From positions 29,238 to 93,237 of the forward strand of contig JBAZLY010000001.1 of assembly GCA_041650035.1 (NCBI GenBank): 64,000 nucleotides of DNA, in the 5' to 3' direction. The notes under the pieces were generated by a model, which was given only the letters and a program-made list of their open reading frames with translations, searched no databases and had not been told where the DNA came from. Below are positions 27,170 through 35,680 of this stretch, one piece after another (position 1 is the first letter of the stretch; each line of letters opens with the position of its first letter). The translations under genes and the position numbers were made by a program. Source of the stretch: Candidatus Omnitrophota bacterium (GTDB lineage: Bacteria > Omnitrophota > Gorgyraeia > JABMRG01).

Positions 27170-28522
27170 TCAGCCGGTAAGCCCATCGACTATCTCCTCC
27201 ATCCTCATTGACCTTGACCCCTTTATTAGGACAGAATCCCCTTTGGCTATCCTGCCTTTCAAAAAAACCGTTATCTCACCTTTGTCTTTAAAAATCTTTA
27301 TATCAGACCTTTTCATCCCGCCGTCAAAAGCCCCTTTAGCCATGTTACTAATATGGCGGCCAAATAAAATAAGCGTATCGGCTGTTTTGGATTTCGCGAT
27401 AAATTTTCCGCACGCATAATGAAGCTTATCTGCCTTGCTGCCAAGCTCCAGCATATCAGCACAGACGATATAATTCCTTCCCTGCCTGCCGTGGCTATTT
27501 AAGGCCGATACAGCGCACATAAGAGAGGTCGGATTAGCATTATATGTGTCGTTTATCAGCCTGAAACCGCGGCAGACAATAACCTGCATCCTTCCGGGAG
27601 AGGCCCTAAAAGACAACATTGCCTCTCTTATGAGGTCACGGCCCATAAAAAGCGATGATACCGCGATAGCAGCCATACCATTATACACATTGTGAACGCC
27701 GATGAGCGGCAAAAAAAAATCCTCACCACTCAAGCAAAAACCTGTGCCATTCGACCTTAGCCTGATATTCTCCGCCCTGAATCCGGCCTCTTTGCTTTTG
27801 ATGGCAAAACCGATCTCCTTGATACCCTTATATTTTACCATCCTAAGCATTTTATCATCAAGATTTTTCACCCATACCCCGGACTTGGGCAGGGCCTCAA
27901 CCATAGCTATCTTTTCCTCTAATACACCCGATAACGTCTTTAATCCCTTAAGATGCGACATACCAATATTAGTAGTAATTACTATATCTGGTTTTATAAT
28001 ACCCCCACTTAGCGATATCTCCCCCGGAGAATTAGTCCCCGCTTCCACAACAGCAATATCATGGTCCTTCAGATTCAAGAGTGTTTTTGAAACGCCTATG
28101 AGGTTATTGTAATTTGCCTCGGTTTTCAACACTTTATATCTCATCCCGAGAATATGGCTAAGCAGATCCTTTGTGGTTGTTTTTCCGTTAGAACCGACAA
28201 CACATATAAGCGGTATATCAACGGCCTGCCTGTGTTTTTTTGCTATCAGGGCCAACGCGTCTTCAGCCTTTTCAACAAGCAGCACTGGTATATCTTCCGG
28301 CATGTACCGCGCTGGAAAGGAATCTGTTATTACCGCTGCAGCGCCTTTTTTAACGGCATCAGATATAAAATCTCTGCCCTGGAAATTCTTACCGTTAAGC
28401 GCTACAAAAATCTCGCCGGGATTAATAGTACGGGAATCCGTTGAAAAAGAGCTGACAATGTAATCCCTGCCAGACCCCAAAAGCCTGGCATTTATTGTTT
28501 TAATTATACCGCTTAGCTTCAT
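27170..28522 (-). CDS. murF: UDP-MurNAc-tripeptide--D-alanyl-D-alanine ligase
   Basis: GSNGKTTTKD P-loop, DTYNANP, dcw position. Confidence 0.93.
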   Translation of the reverse strand: MKLSGIIKTINARLLGSGRDYIVSSFSTDSRTINPGEIFVALNGKNFQGRDFISDAVKKGAAAVITDSFPARYMPEDIPVLLVEKAEDALALIAKKHRQAVDIPLICVVGSNGKTTTKDLLSHILGMRYKVLKTEANYNNLIGVSKTLLNLKDHDIAVVEAGTNSPGEISLSGGIIKPDIVITTNIGMSHLKGLKTLSGVLEEKIAMVEALPKSGVWVKNLDDKMLRMVKYKGIKEIGFAIKSKEAGFRAENIRLRSNGTGFCLSGEDFFLPLIGVHNVYNGMAAIAVSSLFMGRDLIREAMLSFRASPGRMQVIVCRGFRLINDTYNANPTSLMCAVSALNSHGRQGRNYIVCADMLELGSKADKLHYACGKFIAKSKTADTLILFGRHISNMAKGAFDGGMKRSDIKIFKDKGEITVFLKGRIAKGDSVLIKGSRSMRMEEIVDGLTG

Positions 28523-29997
28523 ACGGCATTCTCCGACAATCCAAGGCTCTTCATGGCCTCAAAAGCTACTTTCTTATCGTCAAAGGCTATGGTAACATCC
28601 TTCATGACCTGATAACTCTCATGGCCCTTGCCTGCTATAAGAACGATATCGCCTCTTCGCGCTCTGGTTAAGGCATGCCGGATAGCCTTTTCGCGGTCAA
28701 CTATTATCTTATAATCCTCAAAACCTTCAGGCAGGCCTTTTTTTATATCATCTATTATGGCACCGGGTTCCTCACCACGCGGGTTATCGCTTGTTATCAC
28801 CACAAAGTCCGATAGTCCCGCAGCCACCCTGGCCATCCTTGGCCGCTTCTGTTTGTCTCTATCGCCTCCACACCCAAATACGGTTATAATCCTTTTTTGC
28901 TTAATTTCAGCAAGCGCTGTCAGCACATTAAAAAGCGCATTATCCGTATGGGCATAATCAATGAATACAGATATACCGCCTTCACGGTAATTTATCCTCT
29001 CCATCCTGCCCGGGGCAGGCTTAAAATCCTTCATCGCGGCCTTGATGCAACTTAACGATAGGCCGACAGAGACGGCAAAGGCTATGGCAGAGAGCATATT
29101 ATATATATTGTGCTCTCCGATAATAGGGCCATCTATATAAAACGTCTCACCCCTAGCACAAACCTTAAAACTTGTCCCTTCTGCCGTCCTGGATATCTCG
29201 CAAGCCTTTATATCGGCAGGGCCCTTTATACCGTATGTCAGCATTCTACCCTTTGTTTCACCAGCTAATAAACTACCGTAGGAGTCATCTATATTTATAA
29301 TACTGCAACCGCCTTCCTTAAGCATACTAAACAGTTTACGTTTTGCCTGAAAGTACGCATCCATATTCCCGTGATAATCAAGGTGCTCGCCTGTAAGATT
29401 AGTAAAAATCACCCTGTTAAATTTAATCTCCTCAACACGACCCTGGTCTAAGGCATGGCTTGAAACCTCCATCGCGCAATTTTTTATACCCGAGGCCTCC
29501 ATGTCGCTTAACAGCATCTGTAGTGTTACGGAAGAAGGCGTCGTATTCACGGCAGGTATCGATCTTGGCCCTATCTCGTAACTTACGGTGCCTATCATAC
29601 CACAGCTCATTCCAGCCTGCCGCAATAAAGCTGAAACCATATACAGGGTAGTGGTCTTTCCGTTAGTGCCGGTAATACCTGTCACATTCATCCTGTCAGA
29701 GGGGTGATTATAAAAGTTGGCAGCTATCTTGGCGCAGGAGATCCTTATATCCCTGACTATTACCTTGGTTATGCTTTTGTACGTTATAAAATCCTCTTCC
29801 GCCACTATACAAACCGCCCCGCGTTGTATCGCCTCATCAATATAATCATAACCATTCAGATCCGCGCCTTCTACGGCAAAGAACATGCCTCTGCCTTTAA
29901 CCTGTTTGGAATTATACGATATAGAACCTATGTCAATATCTCTGGTGCCTTTTATGAGGCAGGGGCTAAGACCTCTAAGAAGCAGATTAAGCCTCAT
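28519..29997 (-). CDS. murE: UDP-MurNAc-L-Ala-D-Glu--2,6-diaminopimelate ligase
   Basis: GTNGKTTT, DYAHTDNAL, and GCGGDRDKQKRP followed by SDNPRGE (DNPR, meso-DAP type). Confidence 0.92.
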   Translation of the reverse strand: MRLNLLLRGLSPCLIKGTRDIDIGSISYNSKQVKGRGMFFAVEGADLNGYDYIDEAIQRGAVCIVAEEDFITYKSITKVIVRDIRISCAKIAANFYNHPSDRMNVTGITGTNGKTTTLYMVSALLRQAGMSCGMIGTVSYEIGPRSIPAVNTTPSSVTLQMLLSDMEASGIKNCAMEVSSHALDQGRVEEIKFNRVIFTNLTGEHLDYHGNMDAYFQAKRKLFSMLKEGGCSIINIDDSYGSLLAGETKGRMLTYGIKGPADIKACEISRTAEGTSFKVCARGETFYIDGPIIGEHNIYNMLSAIAFAVSVGLSLSCIKAAMKDFKPAPGRMERINYREGGISVFIDYAHTDNALFNVLTALAEIKQKRIITVFGCGGDRDKQKRPRMARVAAGLSDFVVITSDNPRGEEPGAIIDDIKKGLPEGFEDYKIIVDREKAIRHALTRARRGDIVLIAGKGHESYQVMKDVTIAFDDKKVAFEAMKSLGLSENAV

Positions 29998-31717
29998 TTT
30001 CAGCCTCCTGATCGGCCCTAAGATACCTCAATACGGCATTGCATATATCCCTGAATACGGGGGCCGCAACCGTGCCGCCATAATATCCGTTACGCGGGGT
30101 ATCTATCATAACGCATACTGTTATAACAGGGTTATCAACAGGGGCAAATCCGACAAATGAGGCCACATAATCACTGTGGGAGTATTTCCCGGAAGGCTCT
30201 ATCTTTTGGGCGGTACCGGTTTTTCCTGCGGCGGCATAACGTGTAAGCCCGGCCTTCTTCCCGGTCCCTGTCTCAATAACAGACTTCATAACGGTCCTTA
30301 ACCTCAAGGCTGTGTCTTCACTGATAACACGCCTAACCTGTTCAGGATGATACTGTTTGATAAATTCACCGTATTCATCCATAATACCACTTGTTATCCG
30401 GGGCTTAAATAGCACGCCGCCATTGGCTATCACAGATACGGCCGCGGCAAGTTGAATCATCGTAACGCCTATCTCATGACCTATAGGAATAGCTGCTATG
30501 GAACCCTTTGTCCATGAATTTACGGGCCTTAGCATACCACCGATCTCGCCATATAATCCCACTCCCGTGGGTAAGCCAAAACCAAAATCCCGTATATATT
30601 TATATAGATCCTTATCGCCAAGTTTAATAGCTGCCTTTACTGTTCCGATATTGGATGATCTCTCTATCACCTCTTTGAAGTTCAGATCCCCGTGGCCATG
30701 GTGATCGTGCAATGTCCTGCCTGCTATGGCCCAGGAACCATTTTCGCAAAAAAACCGATCATTTAACGAAACCTTTCCGGAATCAATACAGGCGGCCGCG
30801 GTCACGACCTTAAACACGGAACCTGGTTCATAATAATCCGTGATCGCGCGGTTTCTCTTTTGCGTGCTTGAGGCTGTATTGAACAGGTTAAGGTCATATG
30901 AGGGTTGTATTGCCAGGGCAAGCACATCACCATTATGCGGGTCCATAACAAGGGCGACTCCCGCGGCTGCCCGGTGTTTGGCCATTATCCTGGCCAATGA
31001 TTTTTCAGCTATATGCTGAATAACCTCGTCTATTGTTGAAATAACACTGAATCCATTGACAGGGGGCACATATGTATTCCCAAAGGCCTGGACCTCTCTG
31101 CCTTTAGCATCCCTGATACTTATCCTATATCCTTTTTTACCGGCCAAATATTTATCGTAATAAGCCTCAATGCCCTCCAATCCGTTATTATCAACCCCGG
31201 AAAAGCCTATAGTCTGGCATGCAAGCCCGGAATTCGGATAAAAACGCTTCGTTTCATCAATGATCTGTATGCCCTTGATGTTAAGGCTTCTTACCTTGGC
31301 GGACTGTTCTTCCGGAATCTTGCGCGCGAGCCAGACAAACATCTTATCTCGGCTTAGCCTCTCATATAAAAAAGATTCGCTTTGCTTTAAGACACGGGAA
31401 AGAAGCCTGGCCGCGTTACGCTTATCTCTTACGTCCCGCGCTATGGCATAAACCGAATCAACCTTAAGGCTCAAGGCGAGTTTACGCATTTTTCTGTCTA
31501 ATACGTCTCCCCGTTTTGGTTCAAGTTCAACACGAACCATATGTTGCATACGGGCCAGATGGAGCGCCTTTTTATGAAAACACGTATGTATATATATTAA
31601 TCTCGCGCAAATAAGTATAATAGATATTGTAAAAATTAGTAGTACAATACCTATTCGTGATTTGTATCGTCTTGTATTATGCAAGTTAGAGACTCTTTTT
31701 TTCCGCTGGAGGGTCAA
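29987..31717 (-). CDS. ftsI: Division-specific class B penicillin-binding protein (FtsI/PBP3-like)
   Basis: SxxK (GSVFKV), SxN (SSN) and KTG (GKTGTA). N-terminal TM anchor. The start as given in the track is a TTG. Confidence 0.9.
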   Translation of the reverse strand: MTLQRKKRVSNLHNTRRYKSRIGIVLLIFTISIILICARLIYIHTCFHKKALHLARMQHMVRVELEPKRGDVLDRKMRKLALSLKVDSVYAIARDVRDKRNAARLLSRVLKQSESFLYERLSRDKMFVWLARKIPEEQSAKVRSLNIKGIQIIDETKRFYPNSGLACQTIGFSGVDNNGLEGIEAYYDKYLAGKKGYRISIRDAKGREVQAFGNTYVPPVNGFSVISTIDEVIQHIAEKSLARIMAKHRAAAGVALVMDPHNGDVLALAIQPSYDLNLFNTASSTQKRNRAITDYYEPGSVFKVVTAAACIDSGKVSLNDRFFCENGSWAIAGRTLHDHHGHGDLNFKEVIERSSNIGTVKAAIKLGDKDLYKYIRDFGFGLPTGVGLYGEIGGMLRPVNSWTKGSIAAIPIGHEIGVTMIQLAAAVSVIANGGVLFKPRITSGIMDEYGEFIKQYHPEQVRRVISEDTALRLRTVMKSVIETGTGKKAGLTRYAAAGKTGTAQKIEPSGKYSHSDYVASFVGFAPVDNPVITVCVMIDTPRNGYYGGTVAAPVFRDICNAVLRYLRADQEAENEA

Positions 31718-31772
31718 TATCCCGCGCCGAATGATCAGATGAAATTTAATGCAATACTGTAAAACGCGGGAT

Positions 31773-32156
31773 TTAATCGTTTACTTCTTTTGCTATAGCC
31801 TCATTGCTAAGAGAAAACATGCTTAAAAACAAATTGGATACAGGCACCGGCAACCTTACAGGCCTAACCACGGCCTCTGCCTCAACAGGCACCCTTACTT
31901 TTACAGTAACCGAATCGAGAGGCATTGCGGCATGATCATTGATATGCTCTTTAAATTTATTGTCAAGCCTCGCGGATGATTCAAGCACGGATACGTTATA
32001 TTGCAAGTCATTATTTCTGTCAACCAATAGCTCGAGGGCCTTTTTTGAGTTATTTATAGCATAACCGCATTCGATAAGGCTGGTATATTGATAGACATAG
32101 ATAAGCGATAAAAATGCCACAATAGTTATTATAGAGGCGGCTTTTGCCACTTTCAT
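31773..32156 (-). CDS. ftsL: FtsL-like cell division protein (127 aa)
   Basis: Single N-terminal TM helix followed by a coiled-coil-like region. Position between rsmH and ftsI, with a 4-nt overlap with rsmH. Confidence 0.7.
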   Translation of the reverse strand: MKVAKAASIITIVAFLSLIYVYQYTSLIECGYAINNSKKALELLVDRNNDLQYNVSVLESSARLDNKFKEHINDHAAMPLDSVTVKVRVPVEAEAVVRPVRLPVPVSNLFLSMFSLSNEAIAKEVND

Positions 32157-33031
32157 ATCCTTTCAGCTGAACGCATCTTCGCACTCCTGGATCTCGGATT
32201 TGCGTTTATTTCTATCTCGCGCGGGCATACGGGTTTTTTTGTAACCACCTTCAACAAACCGTCTTTCGCAAACGCCCTAAAGGCGTGCTTGACTATTCTA
32301 TCTTCAAGAGAGTGAAATGATATTACCACAATTCTTCCGTTATCTCTTAAAAACCGCGGGGCCTTTAATAAAGCTTTTTTTATAGATTCCAACTCATCGT
32401 TGATAAATATCCTAAAGGCCTGAAATGTTCTTGTAGCAGGATTTATCCTCGTGCCAACCCCTTGCCCGGGAACGTTCATTACAACCGCCGCCAATCTGCG
32501 CGAATCATGTATCGGGGATATCCTCCTGGCCTCCACTATAGCCCTTGAGATCTTCCGCCAATGCCTCTCTTCCCCAAAATTCCTAATTACCGCTCCTATC
32601 TGATCCTCAGTCATCGTTTCAAGCAATTTCCATAGAGGCCGGCCTCTTGTTTTATCCATGCGCATATCCAGCGGGCCGCTGTTTGAGAAACTAAAACCCC
32701 TTTGTCCGTCATCTAATTGAAACGACGATATGCCGAGATCGAAGAACATTGCATCGACCTGTTTGACCCCCAAAGAGGCCAATACCTTATCAAAATAGGC
32801 AAAATTTTCATGGAATATCCGGAAATCACCTCCAACCGCTTTCAGCTTCTCAACCGATTTGTTAACAACCGAACTATCGGCATCCAAACCAATAAGCAAT
32901 CCATCAGGCGAAATCCTTCTCAATATCTCAACGGCATGCCCCGCGCAACCCAATGTGCAGTCAAGCACTATGCTGCCGTTTCCACAATTCAAATGTTCCA
33001 GGGCCTCGCTTAATAATACACTTTTATGCAC
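32153..33031 (-). CDS. rsmH: 16S rRNA (cytosine1402-N4)-methyltransferase
   Basis: HKSVLLSEALEHL, DCTLGCAGH, FDLGISSFQLD, ISFHSLEDRIVK. GTG start with AAGGA upstream. Confidence 0.93.
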   Translation of the reverse strand: MHKSVLLSEALEHLNCGNGSIVLDCTLGCAGHAVEILRRISPDGLLIGLDADSSVVNKSVEKLKAVGGDFRIFHENFAYFDKVLASLGVKQVDAMFFDLGISSFQLDDGQRGFSFSNSGPLDMRMDKTRGRPLWKLLETMTEDQIGAVIRNFGEERHWRKISRAIVEARRISPIHDSRRLAAVVMNVPGQGVGTRINPATRTFQAFRIFINDELESIKKALLKAPRFLRDNGRIVVISFHSLEDRIVKHAFRAFAKDGLLKVVTKKPVCPREIEINANPRSRSAKMRSAERI

Positions 33032-33040
33032 AGTATCCTT

Positions 33041-33202
33041 TTAAAGCGCCTGCCTCATTCTGTCAAAGGCCCTTTCAATCTTCAGGCTTATGCCGATCGC
33101 TTGAGGGCTGCGGTTAAGAGCGCGTAATTTTTTCAGCCTTTCTATAGCGGCATAACTTTCATTAATCATTTTTTTGATGCCGATACCGCTATTAACTGAC
33201 AT
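33041..33202 (-). CDS. Unannotated 53-codon ORF between mraZ and rsmH
   Basis: Not in the ORF track. ATG at 33202-33200, TAA at 33043-33041. Product: MSVNSGIGIKKMINESYAAIERLKKLRALNRSPQAIGISLKIERAFDRMRQAL. GAGGAGG (overlapping the mraZ stop) ends 11 nt upstream of the ATG. The ORF stop is 9 nt before the rsmH GTG and adjoins its AAGGA. Confidence 0.45.
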   Translation of the reverse strand: MSVNSGIGIKKMINESYAAIERLKKLRALNRSPQAIGISLKIERAFDRMRQAL

Positions 33203-33218
33203 GGCACTGTCTGCCTCC

Positions 33219-33656
33219 TCATGCGTTAATAAGATTCTCGGCTATATCCTCAAAAGATTCTTTCGAATCAGCGTAAAAATTCTTCCATAAATCGCGTGAC
33301 CATATCTCTATTCTATTAGATACACCTATAAAAACAACCTCTTTTTTTATTAAGGCATACTCTTTTAGGTATCCCGGCAAAAGTATGCGGCCTTGTTTAT
33401 CTGGGATCATATCCTGGGCACCTGAAAATATTATGCGGTTAAATTTCCGGTGTTCAGACTTCGTGAAAGGCATGGAACGGAACTTTGATTCCTGCATCTT
33501 CCATTCTTCTTCCGTGAATACAAAAAGGCACTTATCAAGCCCGCGTGTTATGTAGAGTCTTTCCGCATACGCCTCTTTCAAGGCATCCCGGAATTTGGAA
33601 GGAATTATTAAACGGCCCTTACGGTCCAGCGTGTGTTCAAATTCACCATAAAACAT
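33219..33656 (-). CDS. mraZ: Transcriptional regulator MraZ
   Basis: MFYGEFEHTLDRKGRLIIPSKFR and a second DKQGRILLP half (duplicated SpoVT/AbrB-like). First gene of the dcw cluster. Confidence 0.94.
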   Translation of the reverse strand: MFYGEFEHTLDRKGRLIIPSKFRDALKEAYAERLYITRGLDKCLFVFTEEEWKMQESKFRSMPFTKSEHRKFNRIIFSGAQDMIPDKQGRILLPGYLKEYALIKKEVVFIGVSNRIEIWSRDLWKNFYADSKESFEDIAENLINA

Positions 33657-33761
33657 ATTTTGACCTCTTGCGGCATATAAACTCTTCTCGTATAGCTAAA
33701 AACAAAACTAAAAAACCCTTAAATCTTGCGCGTATTAACGCTTTGACGGCGCCCTTATCGC

Positions 33762-33820
33762 CCACCGAGAAGGGCCGTCCACCAAGAAAGGCCGGATCTC
33801 TTCCCCACCGAGAAGGACCG
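33762..33820 (-). repeat. Three imperfect 16-nt direct repeats in the mraZ 5' leader
   Basis: Plus strand: ccaccgagaagggccg (33762-33777), ccaccaagaaaggccg (33779-33794) and ccaccgagaaggaccg (33805-33820). On the minus strand each ends in GGTGG. Confidence 0.8.
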
Positions 33821-33834
33821 ATGCCATGTAAAAA

Positions 33835-33861
33835 CCACTTTACTCCACTTTAAACCACTTT
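33835..33861 (-). promoter_or_regulatory. MraZ operator: three AAAGTGG boxes with exact 10-bp phasing
   Basis: Minus strand AAAGTGGtttAAAGTGGagtAAAGTGG (boxes at 33861-33855, 33851-33845 and 33841-33835). The first box starts 6 nt after the -10 hexamer. Confidence 0.7.
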
Positions 33862-33867
33862 GCTACA

Positions 33868-33896
33868 AATATACTACTTATAGGGCTTTTTGTCAA
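33868..33896 (-). promoter_or_regulatory. dcw (mraZ) promoter
   Basis: Minus strand TTGACA (33896-33891), 17 nt, TATATT (33873-33868). Predicted leader of about 205 nt to the mraZ ATG. Confidence 0.6.
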
Positions 33897-34080
33897 GATG
33901 ATATTTTCACATAATACAATAAATTTTTATCTTTACCTAATAGCGGCTTAACTAACGGACTATCGTAGCACTTCAATACTTCTTTAGGATAATTTATCAG
34001 GGCAAGATATCACGGGTAGATGCCGGTTGGGGCATAATAAGGTCAAAACGAAGTTTTTTCGTATCAGGGCCAATATCAGT

Positions 34081-34569
34081 CTAATAGCCCCAGATTCCCC
34101 TCTTTTCTCTTTTTGAAAGTCGCTGGACGTCTAAAAAGTCATCGGCATGTTTTATATTAGGCGGGATAATATACACCTTGGCATAACCGGCCTCAACCAA
34201 TTTCGCGTTAACGAATATTCCATCAACATAGACATAGGCAAGGAGCCTGTTATATTTATCCCTTTTGACCGTGTCAAACTCAAGCCGGACATTCTTACCG
34301 TTTACAAGTCGGGAGTTAAATTCCTTTGCCTGCACAGCAAGATACTCGGCTGGCGGCTTATTATAATTCATTTCAGGCGTATCTATGCCAAGATACCTGA
34401 CTCTTTCACCATTATCAAGCTTTACGGTATCACCATCATAAACATAAACAACTTTTGCGCGATAAGGACCTATGTCAGGGTTATTGCACCCGCAGGCAAA
34501 AAACAGCGCCAGCATAAACAGCAGAGCCTTAAGCGTGGGAGGTATGGACTTACGTATTAAGATATGCAT
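34081..34569 (-). CDS. Secreted staphylococcal-nuclease (SNase/thermonuclease) homologue, possible lipoprotein
   Basis: RVRYLGIDTPE, YNRLLAYVYVDG, VNAKLVEAGYAKV, and C-terminal REKRGIW. Start set at the ATG at 34569, which gives signal peptide MHILIRKSIPPTLKALLFMLALFFAC. Confidence 0.85.
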   Translation of the reverse strand: MHILIRKSIPPTLKALLFMLALFFACGCNNPDIGPYRAKVVYVYDGDTVKLDNGERVRYLGIDTPEMNYNKPPAEYLAVQAKEFNSRLVNGKNVRLEFDTVKRDKYNRLLAYVYVDGIFVNAKLVEAGYAKVYIIPPNIKHADDFLDVQRLSKREKRGIWGY

Positions 34570-34849
34570 ATCTAAATATAAATAGCGTTGAAAGGATACA
34601 CAGTAAGAAATGGATTTTTTTTGTGTTACCCGCGATAATATTAAGCGGGGCATAAGACACGAAACCAAAAACCATACCCTCGGTTATACTAAACCTGCAA
34701 AAGGACATTACTGCGATGGTAAAAGTCGAGAGGACGGCTGGTTGAACGCAGATTATGCTGGCAATTGTCATAAAGGTCATAATACCAGCCATGGCCTCCG
34801 CCTGAACGGTTGCGTTATCTTCTCTTAATTTAAACAACCTCTTGATCAT
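34550..34849 (-). pseudogene. Remnant of an AzgA/PurP-type (NCS2) purine permease: N- and C-terminal ends fused in frame, core deleted
   Basis: The 99-aa ORF begins MIKRLFKLREDNATVQAEAMAGIMTFMTIASIICVQPAVLS (compare E. coli AdeP [39 protein letters not shown]). It ends SITEGMVFGFVSYAPLNIIAGNTKKIHFLLCILSTLFIF (compare the AdeP C-terminus SITEGIALGFISYCVM...). Intact homologues are about 430-450 aa. Confidence 0.75.
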
Positions 34850-34861
34850 TTGTGCGGGGCC

Positions 34862-35674
34862 TCAATAAGGGACAATATAGTTTTCCTCATCTGTCACATT
34901 CATATAATCGCGGAATGTCATCTGCCCTAATATCTCCTCATTAATCTTCGCCCTTCTTGCCGAGAGATACGGGTGAGTATACCAATAACGCTTTGGGCTG
35001 GTCTTTCCGCTCATCTGCCATTTGATAAGCTTATCAATCACCCTAATCATGGCATTTGGGTCTATTTTTGTTTTTTTTAAGTATTTTACGGCCAGGGCGT
35101 CGGCCTCAAACTCATGCTCCCGGCTATTGGCAAGCATCAATTGGCCTAACGCCTCTCCAGCTTTATATTTTGTGTAAGAATCTCTGGACCCGCTTGCAAC
35201 AAGTATCTGCATTATCTGATACCCTATGCTGTCTTGAAGCCTTTTTATGCTGTGGCGCGCGCAAACGTGGCCAACCTCATGGGCTAATATGGCGGCTATC
35301 TCATCGTCATCAAGCTTCTCAAAAAGAGCCTTAAATATGTAAATATAGCCGCCCGGCAGGGCAAAGGCGTTTTCCGTGTCATCAACATCAAGGACCCTGA
35401 ATCTGAATACAAGTTCTTTTCTATCGGAGACGGCTGCTATCCCTTCGCCAATCTTAGCGGCCTTTTCCTGGTTCAGATAATTTCCGTCAAGTTTATATTT
35501 TTTTTCCACCTGTTCAGCTATGGACCGGCCCATCTCTATCTCTTTTTCAATAGGCAAAAATAGACTCTCTTCTTTTCCTGTAGCGAGATTGTATTCAGAA
35601 TAAGGATAAGCGGAATTAGCGTAAAACAAGAAAAAAAGCAGTAACAGGCCTCTAATCCTACGCCTGGGTATCAT
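34862..35674 (-). CDS. M48-family zinc metallopeptidase, secreted
   Basis: HEVGHVCARH (HExxH) with downstream EFEAD. N-terminal signal peptide. Confidence 0.85.
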   Translation of the reverse strand: MIPRRRIRGLLLLFFLFYANSAYPYSEYNLATGKEESLFLPIEKEIEMGRSIAEQVEKKYKLDGNYLNQEKAAKIGEGIAAVSDRKELVFRFRVLDVDDTENAFALPGGYIYIFKALFEKLDDDEIAAILAHEVGHVCARHSIKRLQDSIGYQIMQILVASGSRDSYTKYKAGEALGQLMLANSREHEFEADALAVKYLKKTKIDPNAMIRVIDKLIKWQMSGKTSPKRYWYTHPYLSARRAKINEEILGQMTFRDYMNVTDEENYIVPY

Positions 35675-35680
35675 AAAAGG

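Noticed and set aside
33545-33853. 102-aa plus-strand ORF, and a 30-codon minus-strand ORF, across the mraZ leader
   Set aside because: The Pro/Arg/Lys/Gly-rich translation is produced by the leader's direct repeats. There is no SD. The region is better explained as the dcw promoter, operator and leader.
34570-34668. 33-codon N-terminal extension of the nuclease ORF
   Set aside because: It would overlap the permease remnant. The internal ATG at 34569 yields a normal signal peptide directly.
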